From Acidobacteria bacterium RIFCSPLOWO2_12_FULL_65_11 (GTDB lineage Bacteria; Acidobacteriota; Vicinamibacteria; Vicinamibacterales; CAVVIG01), in assembly GCA_001767495.1 (NCBI GenBank), contig MELA01000083.1, positions 1-59,248 of the forward strand: a DNA stretch of 59,248 nt. The letters are read 5' to 3'. Under the pieces are notes generated by a model. That model saw only the letters and a program-made list of their open reading frames with translations, ran no database searches and had not been told where the DNA came from. This document shows, one piece after another, positions 16,692 through 25,387 of the stretch (its first letter is position 1; every line of letters begins with the position of its first letter). The position numbers and the translations under genes were made by a program.

Positions 16692-19361
16692 TCAGCGAGG
16701 CGTAAGCCTCAGATGTCCGATCGCGCCTGCCTCGACGTCCTTGCGCTCCATCCTCATAGGCCGGTATCGCACCTTCTGCCAATCCTGGAGAAAGTCGTCA
16801 TAGTGGCGCGAGAGCGGGTGGCCTGATTCACCAACCGCGTCGATGAATCGGCTGTCGTTGGCAGGCGAGAGGTCGATGATCTCGCGGTAGCTGGCCACCG
16901 AGCGCTGTTCGTACGGGCGGTCGGCCGACACCGTGCCGACGTTGACCGTGCTCCAGTCGCCGCCGTTCGGGATCGAACGGCTGAGGATCGGCCGCAACAT
17001 CGCAATGCTGTCGAGCTGGTGCGGAAAGACCGCGCGGTGCACCTCGTCCCACCGCCAGCGCGTCAGGTCGCGACCCAGCCGCACGGTCAGATCGGCGACT
17101 GCGTCATTGAGCGCAGCGGTCACCGCTTCCTCGCACCTCTCCCGCACTCCCGGCGTTCGCACATCGTCGCACCACGCGCTGTCCCTAGCGGCTGGGTCCG
17201 CCGGCAGGAGTTGCACCCCAGTCGTGGTGCCGTTGGCAGACGTAGTGTCCGCCTTCAGGCGGACCGCCTGTGACCCGAGCGTGCTGACGAGGAAGCGTGT
17301 GGTGAAGCTGAAGCGTCCCAGATAGTTCTCGGTCACACGCGGACCCAGATCGTCGCCGACAAGGGCCGGCACCAGCTTGAGAAACCATGCCTCGAAGATC
17401 GCCGGCGCGGCGAGGTCGCCTCGCGCGTCGCCGTTCCAGTCGCGCAGCACGGCCAGTGCGCGCTGGCCATCGGGATCGGTCGGATGCGCCAGTGGCAGCA
17501 ACACCGGCAGCAGCGTCTTGGCGTGCTGCGAGAGCGTGTCGGCCTGGATCCGGGCGAAATCATCTGGCGTGAGTCCTGACCTGGTTCCGTCCGGCTGAAG
17601 CCGGACACTACGACCGGCGTCAGACAGCAGGTCGGTAATGCGCTGCGCGCGGTACGGCTCGGGCCACTCATGGCCGAGCAGGTGCGGATAGCCGGCCGGC
17701 GCCGGGCGATTGTTGGCGGTGACGATGAAGTGCTCGGGCGGGTCGTAGAGATGGGGCAGCTGGTCGAAGGGAATCCAGCCGGTCCATTCTGTGTCGCCAG
17801 ACCAGCCCTCGATGGGCAGCGAGCCGTCGCCTCCCGCGCGAATCGGGATCCGCCCGGGCGCGTAGTAGCCGATGTGGCCATCGACATCGCCGTAGACGAA
17901 ATTCTGCGACGGCACGACGAAATAGCGGAGTGCGTTGGTGAAGTCGTCCCAATTGCGCGCGTCGTTCAGCTTCAGAAACGCCGCGAGCGTCGTGTCGTCG
18001 GGATCGAGCGCCGTCCACCGGAACGCCAGCGGGTCGAGCGGAGCCGGCTTTGGATCGGCGACAAGCGCGGCATTGTTCGCGTTGATGGCGTCCGACACCA
18101 GTGGTCCATGCCGAGTGATGCGCACCTCGATCTGCACCGGTGCGGCGCCCTTGACCTTGATGATCTCGCTCAGGATCGTCAGCGGCTCCTGATTCCCGCG
18201 GTACTCGGCAAACCGTCCGGTCGCGTCGATGCGCTCGCGGTAGAGATCCTCGACATCGGCCGCCACGTTGGTGGTGCCCCACGCGATGAAGCGGTTGCGT
18301 CCGAGCGCCACGGCCGGCACGCCGGGCAGCGTCGCACCGATCACGTCGAAAGCGCCGGCAGAGAGGTGCGCCAGATACCATATTGACGGCAGTCTGGTAC
18401 CGAGATGGGGATCGTTGGCGAGGAGCGGCTTGCCCGTCGCCGTGAGCGATCCGTCGACGACCCAGTTGTTCGAGCCGAGCGCTTCGGTGGTGGCGGCGCC
18501 GAGCAGAAAATCACGAACGCGAGGCTCGCCCTGCGACAGTGCGGCGCGGAAAGCGGCAGACCAGGAGTCAAATGCACTCGTGTAGGGCGGGTCCTTTCGG
18601 ACCCGCCGGACAGCCGGGTCCAAAAGGACCCGGCCTACCTCGGACTTTGACGAAAGGCGGCGGCTTGAGACTGGTATGTCGCGCGCGTGGAGAATGCTCG
18701 GGCCATCAGCCGCGTACGGCGGCATGAGCTGCCGCATGCGCTCCACGCCCACGAGCTGGACGAGGTCGCGCCGCAGGAGCTCGAACGAGTAGTTCGCGCT
18801 CAGATCCCAGGCCATCATCTTGACCCAGACGATGACGTCGACGCCGGTCCACGGCTCAGGCTGCACACCGAGCAGTGTGAACTCTGGCGGCAATCGGCTG
18901 CCGCGACGAGTCGAGACAAACGCGTTCACGCCCGCCACGTACGCATCGATCTGTTGTCGGGCCCAATCCGGCGTCGAGTTCCACGCCGCGGCGGCCGCAC
19001 GGCCGAAGCCGACCGTGCGAAGGAACCGATCCTGGGAGACGGCGGCGGGCCCGAAGATCTCGGCCAGGCGGCCGTGGCCGATGCGCCGCTGCAGTTCCAT
19101 TTGCCACAGGCGGTCCTGTGCGTGCACGTAGCCGAGTCCGAATAGGGCGTCCGACTTGGTCGCTGCGAAGATGTGCGGAATCGCGTCTCGGTCCCGAACG
19201 ATGTCGATAGGCGCAGAAGGGCCGGTCACCGAAACAACCCCATCTATGACCGGAAGCGATCGTCGGAGATACGCGTAGGAAGCGCCGGACAGAACGGCGA
19301 TGGCCACGACGAGGGACGCGAGCGCTTTCACAGAACGGCGGCGCATGACGCGATCATACAA
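16692..19361 (-). CDS. Penicillin acylase-family Ntn hydrolase (possibly acyl-homoserine-lactone or beta-lactam acylase)
   Basis: Signal-like N terminus, DRLWQME, nucleophile context GSNNWVV, and LLANDPHL. Confidence 0.85.
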   Translation of the reverse strand: MYDRVMRRRSVKALASLVVAIAVLSGASYAYLRRSLPVIDGVVSVTGPSAPIDIVRDRDAIPHIFAATKSDALFGLGYVHAQDRLWQMELQRRIGHGRLAEIFGPAAVSQDRFLRTVGFGRAAAAAWNSTPDWARQQIDAYVAGVNAFVSTRRGSRLPPEFTLLGVQPEPWTGVDVIVWVKMMAWDLSANYSFELLRRDLVQLVGVERMRQLMPPYAADGPSILHARDIPVSSRRLSSKSEVGRVLLDPAVRRVRKDPPYTSAFDSWSAAFRAALSQGEPRVRDFLLGAATTEALGSNNWVVDGSLTATGKPLLANDPHLGTRLPSIWYLAHLSAGAFDVIGATLPGVPAVALGRNRFIAWGTTNVAADVEDLYRERIDATGRFAEYRGNQEPLTILSEIIKVKGAAPVQIEVRITRHGPLVSDAINANNAALVADPKPAPLDPLAFRWTALDPDDTTLAAFLKLNDARNWDDFTNALRYFVVPSQNFVYGDVDGHIGYYAPGRIPIRAGGDGSLPIEGWSGDTEWTGWIPFDQLPHLYDPPEHFIVTANNRPAPAGYPHLLGHEWPEPYRAQRITDLLSDAGRSVRLQPDGTRSGLTPDDFARIQADTLSQHAKTLLPVLLPLAHPTDPDGQRALAVLRDWNGDARGDLAAPAIFEAWFLKLVPALVGDDLGPRVTENYLGRFSFTTRFLVSTLGSQAVRLKADTTSANGTTTGVQLLPADPAARDSAWCDDVRTPGVRERCEEAVTAALNDAVADLTVRLGRDLTRWRWDEVHRAVFPHQLDSIAMLRPILSRSIPNGGDWSTVNVGTVSADRPYEQRSVASYREIIDLSPANDSRFIDAVGESGHPLSRHYDDFLQDWQKVRYRPMRMERKDVEAGAIGHLRLTPR
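17242..17264. repeat. REP-A variant (GTCCGCC stem) inside the acylase CDS
   Basis: gtagtgtccgccttcaggcggac, read on the minus strand as VRLKADTT. Confidence 0.8.
17589..17611. repeat. REP-A copy inside the acylase CDS
   Basis: gtccggctgaagccggacactac, read on the minus strand as SVRLQPD. Confidence 0.8.
18582..18639. repeat. Double hairpin element (GGGTCC-N4-GGACCC, twice) inside the acylase CDS
   Basis: gtagggcgggtcctttcggacccgcc ggaca gccgggtccaaaaggacccggcctac. Encodes DPAVRRVRKDPPYT. Confidence 0.7.
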
Positions 19362-19396
19362 TTGCAGGATTGCAGAATGGCAGGATTGCAGAATGG
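19361..19396. repeat. Short-period repeat (GCAGGATT/GCAGAATG); same family as 5801-5841
   Basis: attgcaggattgcagaatggcaggattgcagaatgg. Confidence 0.8.
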
Positions 19397-20317
19397 CCGC
19401 ACATTGTTGAATTGAAGACGGCCCTCGACCGTCTGTACGAGAGCTTCAACTATCCCGATTCGGCGGCCGATCCGATTCAGATCGTGCGTCGGTACGAGAG
19501 GCCGGCCGATCGCGAGGTCGTGGGATTCTGCGCGGCGGCGCTCGCCTTCGGACGCGTGACGAGCGTCCTGCAGTCGATCGAGCGACTCGCGACGATCATG
19601 GGACGCCACCCTTCGGCGTACGTCCGCGCCTTCGATCCGCGGCGGCAGAGCGGCGCCTTCGCCGGTCTCGTCCATCGGTGGACGCGGGGCATCGATCTGG
19701 TCGCGCTCCTGTGGATCGTGCGGCAGATGATGGAGCGCTCGGGCTCGATAGAGGGGTTCTTCCTCGAGGGCTACGATCCCGAAGCCGACGACATCGAGCG
19801 CGCTCTCGACAGCTTCTCGACGCGGGCGCGGGCCCTCGACATGAAGGCGGCGTACGGGCGCCTGCCGAAACGGCCGGGCGTGCATTACTTCTTTCCGCGG
19901 CCCTCGGCCGGCAGCGCCTGCAAGCGACTCAACCTCTTTCTGCGCTGGATGGTTCGCAACGATGCCCTCGACCTGGGCGTGTGGACACGGGTGTCGCCCG
20001 CCAAACTCGTGGTCCCTCTCGATACGCACGTGATTCGGGTTGGCCGCTGTCTCCGCCTGACGCGCTACGCCAGCCCTGGGTGGGCCATGGCGAGGGACAT
20101 CACGGCGTCGCTCCGCCGCCTCGACGCGGACGATCCCGTCAAGTACGACTTCGCGCTCTGCCACATCGGGATGATGAACGCCTGCGGGTTCAATCGGTCG
20201 CGGGCTGATGGGGTCGGGCGGACGGCGTCTCGGGATCTGAATTGCCCGCTCCGTGGCCTCTGCCGGCCACACGCGCGTACACGGCCGCGGTCTCGGCGAC
20301 CATCCGCTCGACGGTGA
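19370..20317 (+). CDS. TIGR02757/DUF2400 family protein
   Basis: DPIQIVRRY...VGFCAAALAFGRV...HRWTRG...KRLNLFLRWMVR...VPLDTHV. True start is probably downstream of 19370 (for example TTG near 19409). Confidence 0.65.
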   Translation: MQNGRIAEWPHIVELKTALDRLYESFNYPDSAADPIQIVRRYERPADREVVGFCAAALAFGRVTSVLQSIERLATIMGRHPSAYVRAFDPRRQSGAFAGLVHRWTRGIDLVALLWIVRQMMERSGSIEGFFLEGYDPEADDIERALDSFSTRARALDMKAAYGRLPKRPGVHYFFPRPSAGSACKRLNLFLRWMVRNDALDLGVWTRVSPAKLVVPLDTHVIRVGRCLRLTRYASPGWAMARDITASLRRLDADDPVKYDFALCHIGMMNACGFNRSRADGVGRTASRDLNCPLRGLCRPHARTRPRSRRPSARR

Positions 20318-21434
20318 ACCGCGCGGAGACGCGTGCGAAGCCGGCTTCGCCCATCCGGCGGCGGAGCCCCTCGTCGGTCAGCAGCCGGACAATCGCGCCG
20401 GCCATGGCCTGATGGTGACGCGGCGCGACGAGCAGGCCGGTCACGCCGTCTTCGACCACCTCCGGAATCCCGCCGGCGCTTGTGGCCACAATCGCGCGCC
20501 GGCAGGCCATGGCGTCCAGCAGCGACGTCCCGAGACCTTCGGTGACCGAGCTCATCACGAACAGATCGAAGCCCTTGATGCAGCCCAGCACGTCGGTGCG
20601 GAATCCGGGCAGCAGGACGTGCTTCTCGAGGTGGTGCTCGTGCACCTGCCGCTCCAGGTGCTCCCTCAGCGCGCCCTCGCCGAGGATGACGAATCGCGCG
20701 TCAGGGATCTCGTGGACCACGAGGTGTGCTGCGTCGATCAGATGGCGCTGGCCTTTGTGCGGCTCGAGCGCGGCGACGTTGCCGACGATCGGCGCGTGAT
20801 GGGGCAGCCAGAACGTCTCGTGAATGCTGACCGGTGGCGCCGCGACGACGTGTTCGATGTCGATCCCCTCGTGAACCGTGACCGTCCGATCGGCCGGTAT
20901 GCTGTCGGCGACGAGGATCTTCCGGATGGCTTCAGACGCCGCGATGAAGCAATCCACCTGACGATGCTTCCAGCGGGAGAATGAGTTGTTCTGGAGGTGG
21001 AAATCGACCCGGCGCGAGACGACCAGTGCCGGCCCGCGGCCGCTTGGCCGGCCGGTTGTACGTCCGCTCGAGGGCGCCCCGCCACGCCCGCTCGTGTAGG
21101 ATGATGCTCCGCCGAGCGACAGTGCGAGCGCCGCCATGGCAACGCCGTGCGCGTCGTGCGCGTGGATGACGTCGGGCCCAAGTTGCCGCACGATGCGTGA
21201 GAGGCGCCAGGCGGCCGACAGGTCCATCTCGGTCCGCGGCGCAATGGGAATGAGCTCGAGTCCTTCGGCCGCGCGACGCCGCAGCTCGCCGTCAGGATGG
21301 GCGACGAGCGCCGCGCGCTGGCCCATCGCACGCAGGCCGTTGACCGTGAGGAGCACCTGATTCTGGCCGCCGCGCCAGGTCCGCGCTGTATCGATATGGA
21401 GCGAGAACATCACCTGCGCCGCTGAAGCTCCCAC
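20190..21434 (-). CDS. Glycosyltransferase family 4 (GT-B, group 1)
   Basis: C-terminal EGLGTSLLDAMACRRAIVATSAGGIPEVVEDGVTGLLV (E-x7-E region). Confidence 0.8.
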   Translation of the reverse strand: MGASAAQVMFSLHIDTARTWRGGQNQVLLTVNGLRAMGQRAALVAHPDGELRRRAAEGLELIPIAPRTEMDLSAAWRLSRIVRQLGPDVIHAHDAHGVAMAALALSLGGASSYTSGRGGAPSSGRTTGRPSGRGPALVVSRRVDFHLQNNSFSRWKHRQVDCFIAASEAIRKILVADSIPADRTVTVHEGIDIEHVVAAPPVSIHETFWLPHHAPIVGNVAALEPHKGQRHLIDAAHLVVHEIPDARFVILGEGALREHLERQVHEHHLEKHVLLPGFRTDVLGCIKGFDLFVMSSVTEGLGTSLLDAMACRRAIVATSAGGIPEVVEDGVTGLLVAPRHHQAMAGAIVRLLTDEGLRRRMGEAGFARVSARFTVERMVAETAAVYARVAGRGHGAGNSDPETPSARPHQPATD

Positions 21435-22159
21435 AGTTTGGCAAACTTCAGAAAGACGTAGTAGGAGTTCATCGCCGAGACGATCAGCCCGACGGCGCCG
21501 TCGCGGATGCCGCCTCGGAGGATGTAGTTCCTCAGGAACGCCAGCGGCGGGTGACCGGCGACTTGCAGCAAGCCCGCGCGGCGACCGCTCTCATGCATCT
21601 GGCGTGCGGCGTACGTCGTGTAGCGGTCGATGGTTTCGAGATGATCCGCGATGTCGCGATAGGCAAAGTGATGCAGCTCGCCTCGTAGCTGGCCGACGCT
21701 GCCTCGAACCGTGACCGACTCGTGCACGTAGCGGCCACTCCATTGGCTGGCGCGCCGATCGTAGAGTCGCAGTTGATAATCGGGATACCAGTCCGTCGTG
21801 CGGATCCACCGGCCCAGGTGCCGCGTCACGCGCGGGATGCGATAACCGGCGTGGCCCGGTGTCGCCTTCATCAGAGTCCTGATCTCGTCGGCGAGCTCCG
21901 GCGTGACGCGCTCGTCGGCGTCGATCGAGAGAATCCAGTCGTGCGCGGCGAGGGACGCGGCGTAATTCTTCTGCTCGACGTACCCCGGCCACGCGCGCAC
22001 GACGACGCGTGGCGTGTACCGCCGTGCGAGGGCCGCCGTCTCGTCCGTACTTTCCGAATCGACGACGATGAGCTCGTCGGCCCAGGCAACCGACTGCACG
22101 CAGTCGCTGATGTCCGCCGCTTCGTTCTTGGTGATGACCGTCACCGACAGCTTCGGCAC
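21410..22159 (-). CDS. Glycosyltransferase family 2
   Basis: LSVTVITKNEAADISDCVQSVAWADELIVVDSESTDET...SIDADE. Confidence 0.8.
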   Translation of the reverse strand: MPKLSVTVITKNEAADISDCVQSVAWADELIVVDSESTDETAALARRYTPRVVVRAWPGYVEQKNYAASLAAHDWILSIDADERVTPELADEIRTLMKATPGHAGYRIPRVTRHLGRWIRTTDWYPDYQLRLYDRRASQWSGRYVHESVTVRGSVGQLRGELHHFAYRDIADHLETIDRYTTYAARQMHESGRRAGLLQVAGHPPLAFLRNYILRGGIRDGAVGLIVSAMNSYYVFLKFAKLWELQRRR

Positions 22160-22185
22160 CCGGGTATACTACGCGAACCCAACTG

Positions 22186-22764
22186 ATGACACGCGACGAG
22201 CTCCTCGATCTGTTTCACCGCTCCGGCGCCTTGCACGACGGGCACTTCCGGCTCTCCTCCGGGCTCCACAGTCCCGGTTACCTGCAGTGCGCGCTCGTGC
22301 TGCAGCATCCACAACACGCCGAGATGCTTGGGCGCGCGCTCGCCGACCGCCTGCGCGATCTGCGGCCGACGGTCGTCCTCTCGCCGGCGCTCGGCGGCGT
22401 GATCATCGGCCAGGAAGTCGGCCGCGCGCTCGGCGTTCGCGCGATCTTCGCCGAGCGGAACGACGGCACGCTGACGCTCAGGCGCGGCTTCACGGTCGCA
22501 GAAAACGATCGCGTGCTCGTGGTCGAAGACGTCCTCACGACCGGAGGATCCACCCGCGAAACGATGCAGGTGGCGAGAGCGGCCGGGGGACAGGTCGTGG
22601 GCGTCGCGTCGATCGTCGATCGCAGTCGCGGGGTGGCGCGCTTTGATGTGCCGTTCTCGGCGCTTCTCGAGATGTCGCTGCCGACGTACGAGCCGGATCA
22701 GTGCCCGCTCTGCGCGAAGGGACTGCCGGTGGTGAAGCCCGGTTCAAGGCCGGTAATAGCTTGA
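22186..22764 (+). CDS. pyrE: Orotate phosphoribosyltransferase
   Basis: GHFRLSSGLHS...VLVVEDVLTTGGSTRE...CPLCAKGLPVVKPGSR. Confidence 0.88.
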   Translation: MTRDELLDLFHRSGALHDGHFRLSSGLHSPGYLQCALVLQHPQHAEMLGRALADRLRDLRPTVVLSPALGGVIIGQEVGRALGVRAIFAERNDGTLTLRRGFTVAENDRVLVVEDVLTTGGSTRETMQVARAAGGQVVGVASIVDRSRGVARFDVPFSALLEMSLPTYEPDQCPLCAKGLPVVKPGSRPVIA

Positions 22765-22774
22765 GGCGCCGAAT

Positions 22775-22851
22775 CAACACAGAGGACACGAAGGACGCCA
22801 AGGTCAATCTCGTGTTGTGATCGAATGTCCTTTGTGTCCTTGGTGTCGAAG
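22775..22851. repeat. Hairpin of about 9-nt units (GGACACGAA family)
   Basis: Left arm caacacagaggacacgaaggacgccaaggtc. Right arm gaatgtcctttgtgtccttggtgtcgaag. Confidence 0.8.
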
Positions 22852-22853
22852 CG

Positions 22854-23633
22854 ATGGCAACGTTCAAGATCACCCTGGCGTACGACGGAACTGAGTTCGT
22901 CGGGTGGCAGCGACAGGCGACCGGGACGTCGATCCAGGGTCTCCTCGAAGGTGCGCTTGGCGAGCTGGACGGTCGCAAGGTGACCGTCACCGGCGCGGGT
23001 CGGACCGATGCCGGCGTCCATGCGCTCGGTCAGGTCGCCAGCTGTTCAATCGAGCGTTCGATCGCGAGCGGCCAGCTCGTCGGTGCCCTCAACGCACGAC
23101 TGCCTGTCGATGTCCGAGTGCTGTCGGCGGCAGAGGTGCCGCCCACATTCCATGCGCGGTTCGACGCGCGCGCGAAAACGTACCGCTACCGGATCTGGAA
23201 TGCCGACGTTGTCAGTCCCTTCGAGCGCCGGTACGCCTGGCATGTCGACGCCGCGCTCGATGTCGGCGCGATGAATGCCGCCGCGCGGCTCCTCGAAGGC
23301 CGCCACGATTTCGCGGCGTTCCGGGCTGCCGGGAGCGCAGCGCGTACGACAGACCGCATGGTGATCGCGTCGCGCGTCGATCGTCGGGATCGCCTGGTCG
23401 TCTATGAGATTACCGGCGACGGATTCCTCCGCTACATGGTCCGCGCGATCGTCGGCACGCTGGTCGAGATCGGCCGTGGACGACAGCCGCCCGAGTGGAT
23501 GGGCGATGTGCTCGGCGCACGCGATCGGGCGCGCGCCGGACCGACCGCGCCGCCCGAAGGGCTGTTTCTTGTGCGCGTGGATTACGGCGGGCCCGGTAAA
23601 GTCCCTCTGAAGGCGGACACTACAGGGGTCTAA
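22854..23633 (+). CDS. truA: tRNA pseudouridine(38-40) synthase
   Basis: YDGTEFVGWQRQ...GAGRTDAGVHALGQV...FLRYMVRAIVG. C-terminal PLKADTTGV derives from a degenerate REP-A. Confidence 0.9.
   Translation: MATFKITLAYDGTEFVGWQRQATGTSIQGLLEGALGELDGRKVTVTGAGRTDAGVHALGQVASCSIERSIASGQLVGALNARLPVDVRVLSAAEVPPTFHARFDARAKTYRYRIWNADVVSPFERRYAWHVDAALDVGAMNAAARLLEGRHDFAAFRAAGSAARTTDRMVIASRVDRRDRLVVYEITGDGFLRYMVRAIVGTLVEIGRGRQPPEWMGDVLGARDRARAGPTAPPEGLFLVRVDYGGPGKVPLKADTTGV
23601..23624. repeat. Degenerate REP-A half-site at the truA 3' end
   Basis: gtccctctgaaggcggacactaca. Confidence 0.55.
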
Positions 23634-23657
23634 GATACAATCTGACGAAGGAACCTC

Positions 23658-24452
23658 ATGTCCCTTGAGCAGCTCCTGGCCTGGATTCCGCCAGGATCTC
23701 CAGACGAAGCGCTGGCGCGTCAGGTGAACTTCGACCAGCTGCCGGCGCACGTCGCCATCATCATGGACGGCAACGGGCGGTGGGCGGCCGAGCGGCACCT
23801 ACCGCGCGTCGAAGGCCATCGCGCCGGAATCGATTCGGTACGAGACGTCGTCGAAACGTCGGCGCGTCTCGGCATCGACGTCTTGACGCTGTACGCATTC
23901 TCGATCGAGAACTGGAAGCGGCCGCGCGCTGAAGTCAATACGCTGATGACGCTGCTCAAGCGGTACCTGCGGCTCGAGCTTGGCACGCTGCTCAAGAACA
24001 ATATTCGCTTTCGTGTCATCGGCCGGGTCGACGAGCTGCCGCCCGATGTGCGGCACGAGCTTGAGATCGGGATCGGCCGGACGGCCGGTAACACCGGGAT
24101 GCTCTTCAACATCGCGCTGAACTACAGCGGCCGGGCGGAAATTGTCGATGCGGCGCGACGCGCGATCGCCGCGGGCATCACGCCTGACGATCTCGACGAG
24201 CAGCACTTCAGCGACTTTCTCTATACGGCCGGCCAGCCCGATCCGGATCTGCTTATCCGCACGAGCGGCGAGATGCGCGTGAGCAACTTTCTGTTGTGGC
24301 AGATCGCGTACTCCGAGATCTGGGTCACCGAGACATTCTGGCCCGATTTTCGCTGCCGCCATCTGCTCGAAGCCGTCGTCGCCTATCAGAAGCGCGATCG
24401 CCGCTACGGCGGCATCAAGCAGCCGACCACAGTCGCCCTCGGCGCCAAGTGA
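23658..24452 (+). CDS. uppS: Isoprenyl transferase (undecaprenyl diphosphate synthase)
   Basis: HVAIIMDGNGRWA...TLYAFSIENWKRP...RTSGEMRVSNFLLWQ. Confidence 0.93.
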   Translation: MSLEQLLAWIPPGSPDEALARQVNFDQLPAHVAIIMDGNGRWAAERHLPRVEGHRAGIDSVRDVVETSARLGIDVLTLYAFSIENWKRPRAEVNTLMTLLKRYLRLELGTLLKNNIRFRVIGRVDELPPDVRHELEIGIGRTAGNTGMLFNIALNYSGRAEIVDAARRAIAAGITPDDLDEQHFSDFLYTAGQPDPDLLIRTSGEMRVSNFLLWQIAYSEIWVTETFWPDFRCRHLLEAVVAYQKRDRRYGGIKQPTTVALGAK

Positions 24453-24469
24453 GCGAACATTCTGATCTT

Positions 24470-24514
24470 CGAATCCCGAACCCCGAATCCCGAACCCCGA
24501 ATCCCGAATCCCGG
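24470..24514. repeat. 7-nt tandem repeat (AATCCCG/AACCCCG)
   Basis: cgaatcccgaaccccgaatcccgaaccccgaatcccgaatcccgg. Inverted partner at 26545-26586. Confidence 0.85.
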
Positions 24515-24521
24515 TGATTTA

Positions 24522-25298
24522 ATGACGCGCGTACTGAGCGGCGCGGTCCTCGTCGCCCTCGTCGTGGCCGTCGTGTGGCTGGCACCGCCGGTCGTACTGG
24601 CCGCCGTCGTGGCGCTCGTCCTGGCGCTGGCGGTCCACGAATACCTGGCGCTCTCCAAGGCCGTGGGGCTTCACCCTCCGATGGTGTCCGGCGCGCTGGC
24701 GCTGGCCGCCGCCGTCGCCGTCGCGAGCGGGCGCGGGGCATTCGACGTGGTGATGATGAGCGGCTTCATCGCCCTGGCCGGCACCGTGCTGGCCAGGGGC
24801 GTCGACCGGGCGTCGTTTGGCGATCTGGGCGCGGCGCTCGTGCCGCCCCTCTACATCGGCGCGCCCCTCGGAGCGCTCGTGGCCGTGCGGACGCTCGACG
24901 GACCAGGCGCGCTGTTCCTCTTGATGCTGACGGTGATGGTGAGCGATACGGCGCAGTACTATACCGGGCGGCTGTTCGGGCGGCGGCCGCTCGCGCCAGC
25001 GGTGAGTCCGAAGAAGACCGTCGAAGGCGCGATCGGCGGGTTCGTGTTCGGCACGCTGGCCCTCACGATTGCCGGCGCGTGGTGGCTGCCGCGCGTGGAT
25101 GTCGCGCTGCGCGCGCTTCTCGGCGTCGCCATCGTCGCGCTGGGGATTGTCGGCGACCTCTTCGAGAGCTCGCTCAAGCGCGCGGCGGGCGTCAAGGACA
25201 GCTCCTCGCTCATCCCCGGCCACGGCGGCATCCTCGATCGGATTGACGCACTGCTCTTCGCCGCGCCCGTCTATTACGTGGTCCTGAAGTATGTCTGA
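24522..25298 (+). CDS. cdsA: Phosphatidate cytidylyltransferase
   Basis: Polytopic membrane protein with SDTAQYYTGRLFGRR...SPKKTVEG...SLKRAAGVKDSS..IPGHGGILDRID. Confidence 0.9.
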   Translation: MTRVLSGAVLVALVVAVVWLAPPVVLAAVVALVLALAVHEYLALSKAVGLHPPMVSGALALAAAVAVASGRGAFDVVMMSGFIALAGTVLARGVDRASFGDLGAALVPPLYIGAPLGALVAVRTLDGPGALFLLMLTVMVSDTAQYYTGRLFGRRPLAPAVSPKKTVEGAIGGFVFGTLALTIAGAWWLPRVDVALRALLGVAIVALGIVGDLFESSLKRAAGVKDSSSLIPGHGGILDRIDALLFAAPVYYVVLKYV

Positions 25299-25305
25299 GA
25301 ACGTT

Positions 25306-25368
25306 CGACACGAAGGACACCAAGGACACCAAGGGATTCATGACCACAGAGTATTTGCCGTTGTGTTC
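25306..25368. repeat. About 9-nt tandem repeat (GGACACCAA) with a weak inverted partner
   Basis: cgacacgaaggacaccaaggacaccaaggg ... ccgttgtgttcg. Confidence 0.7.
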
Positions 25369-25387
25369 GATCGGCGCTTGATTTGAA

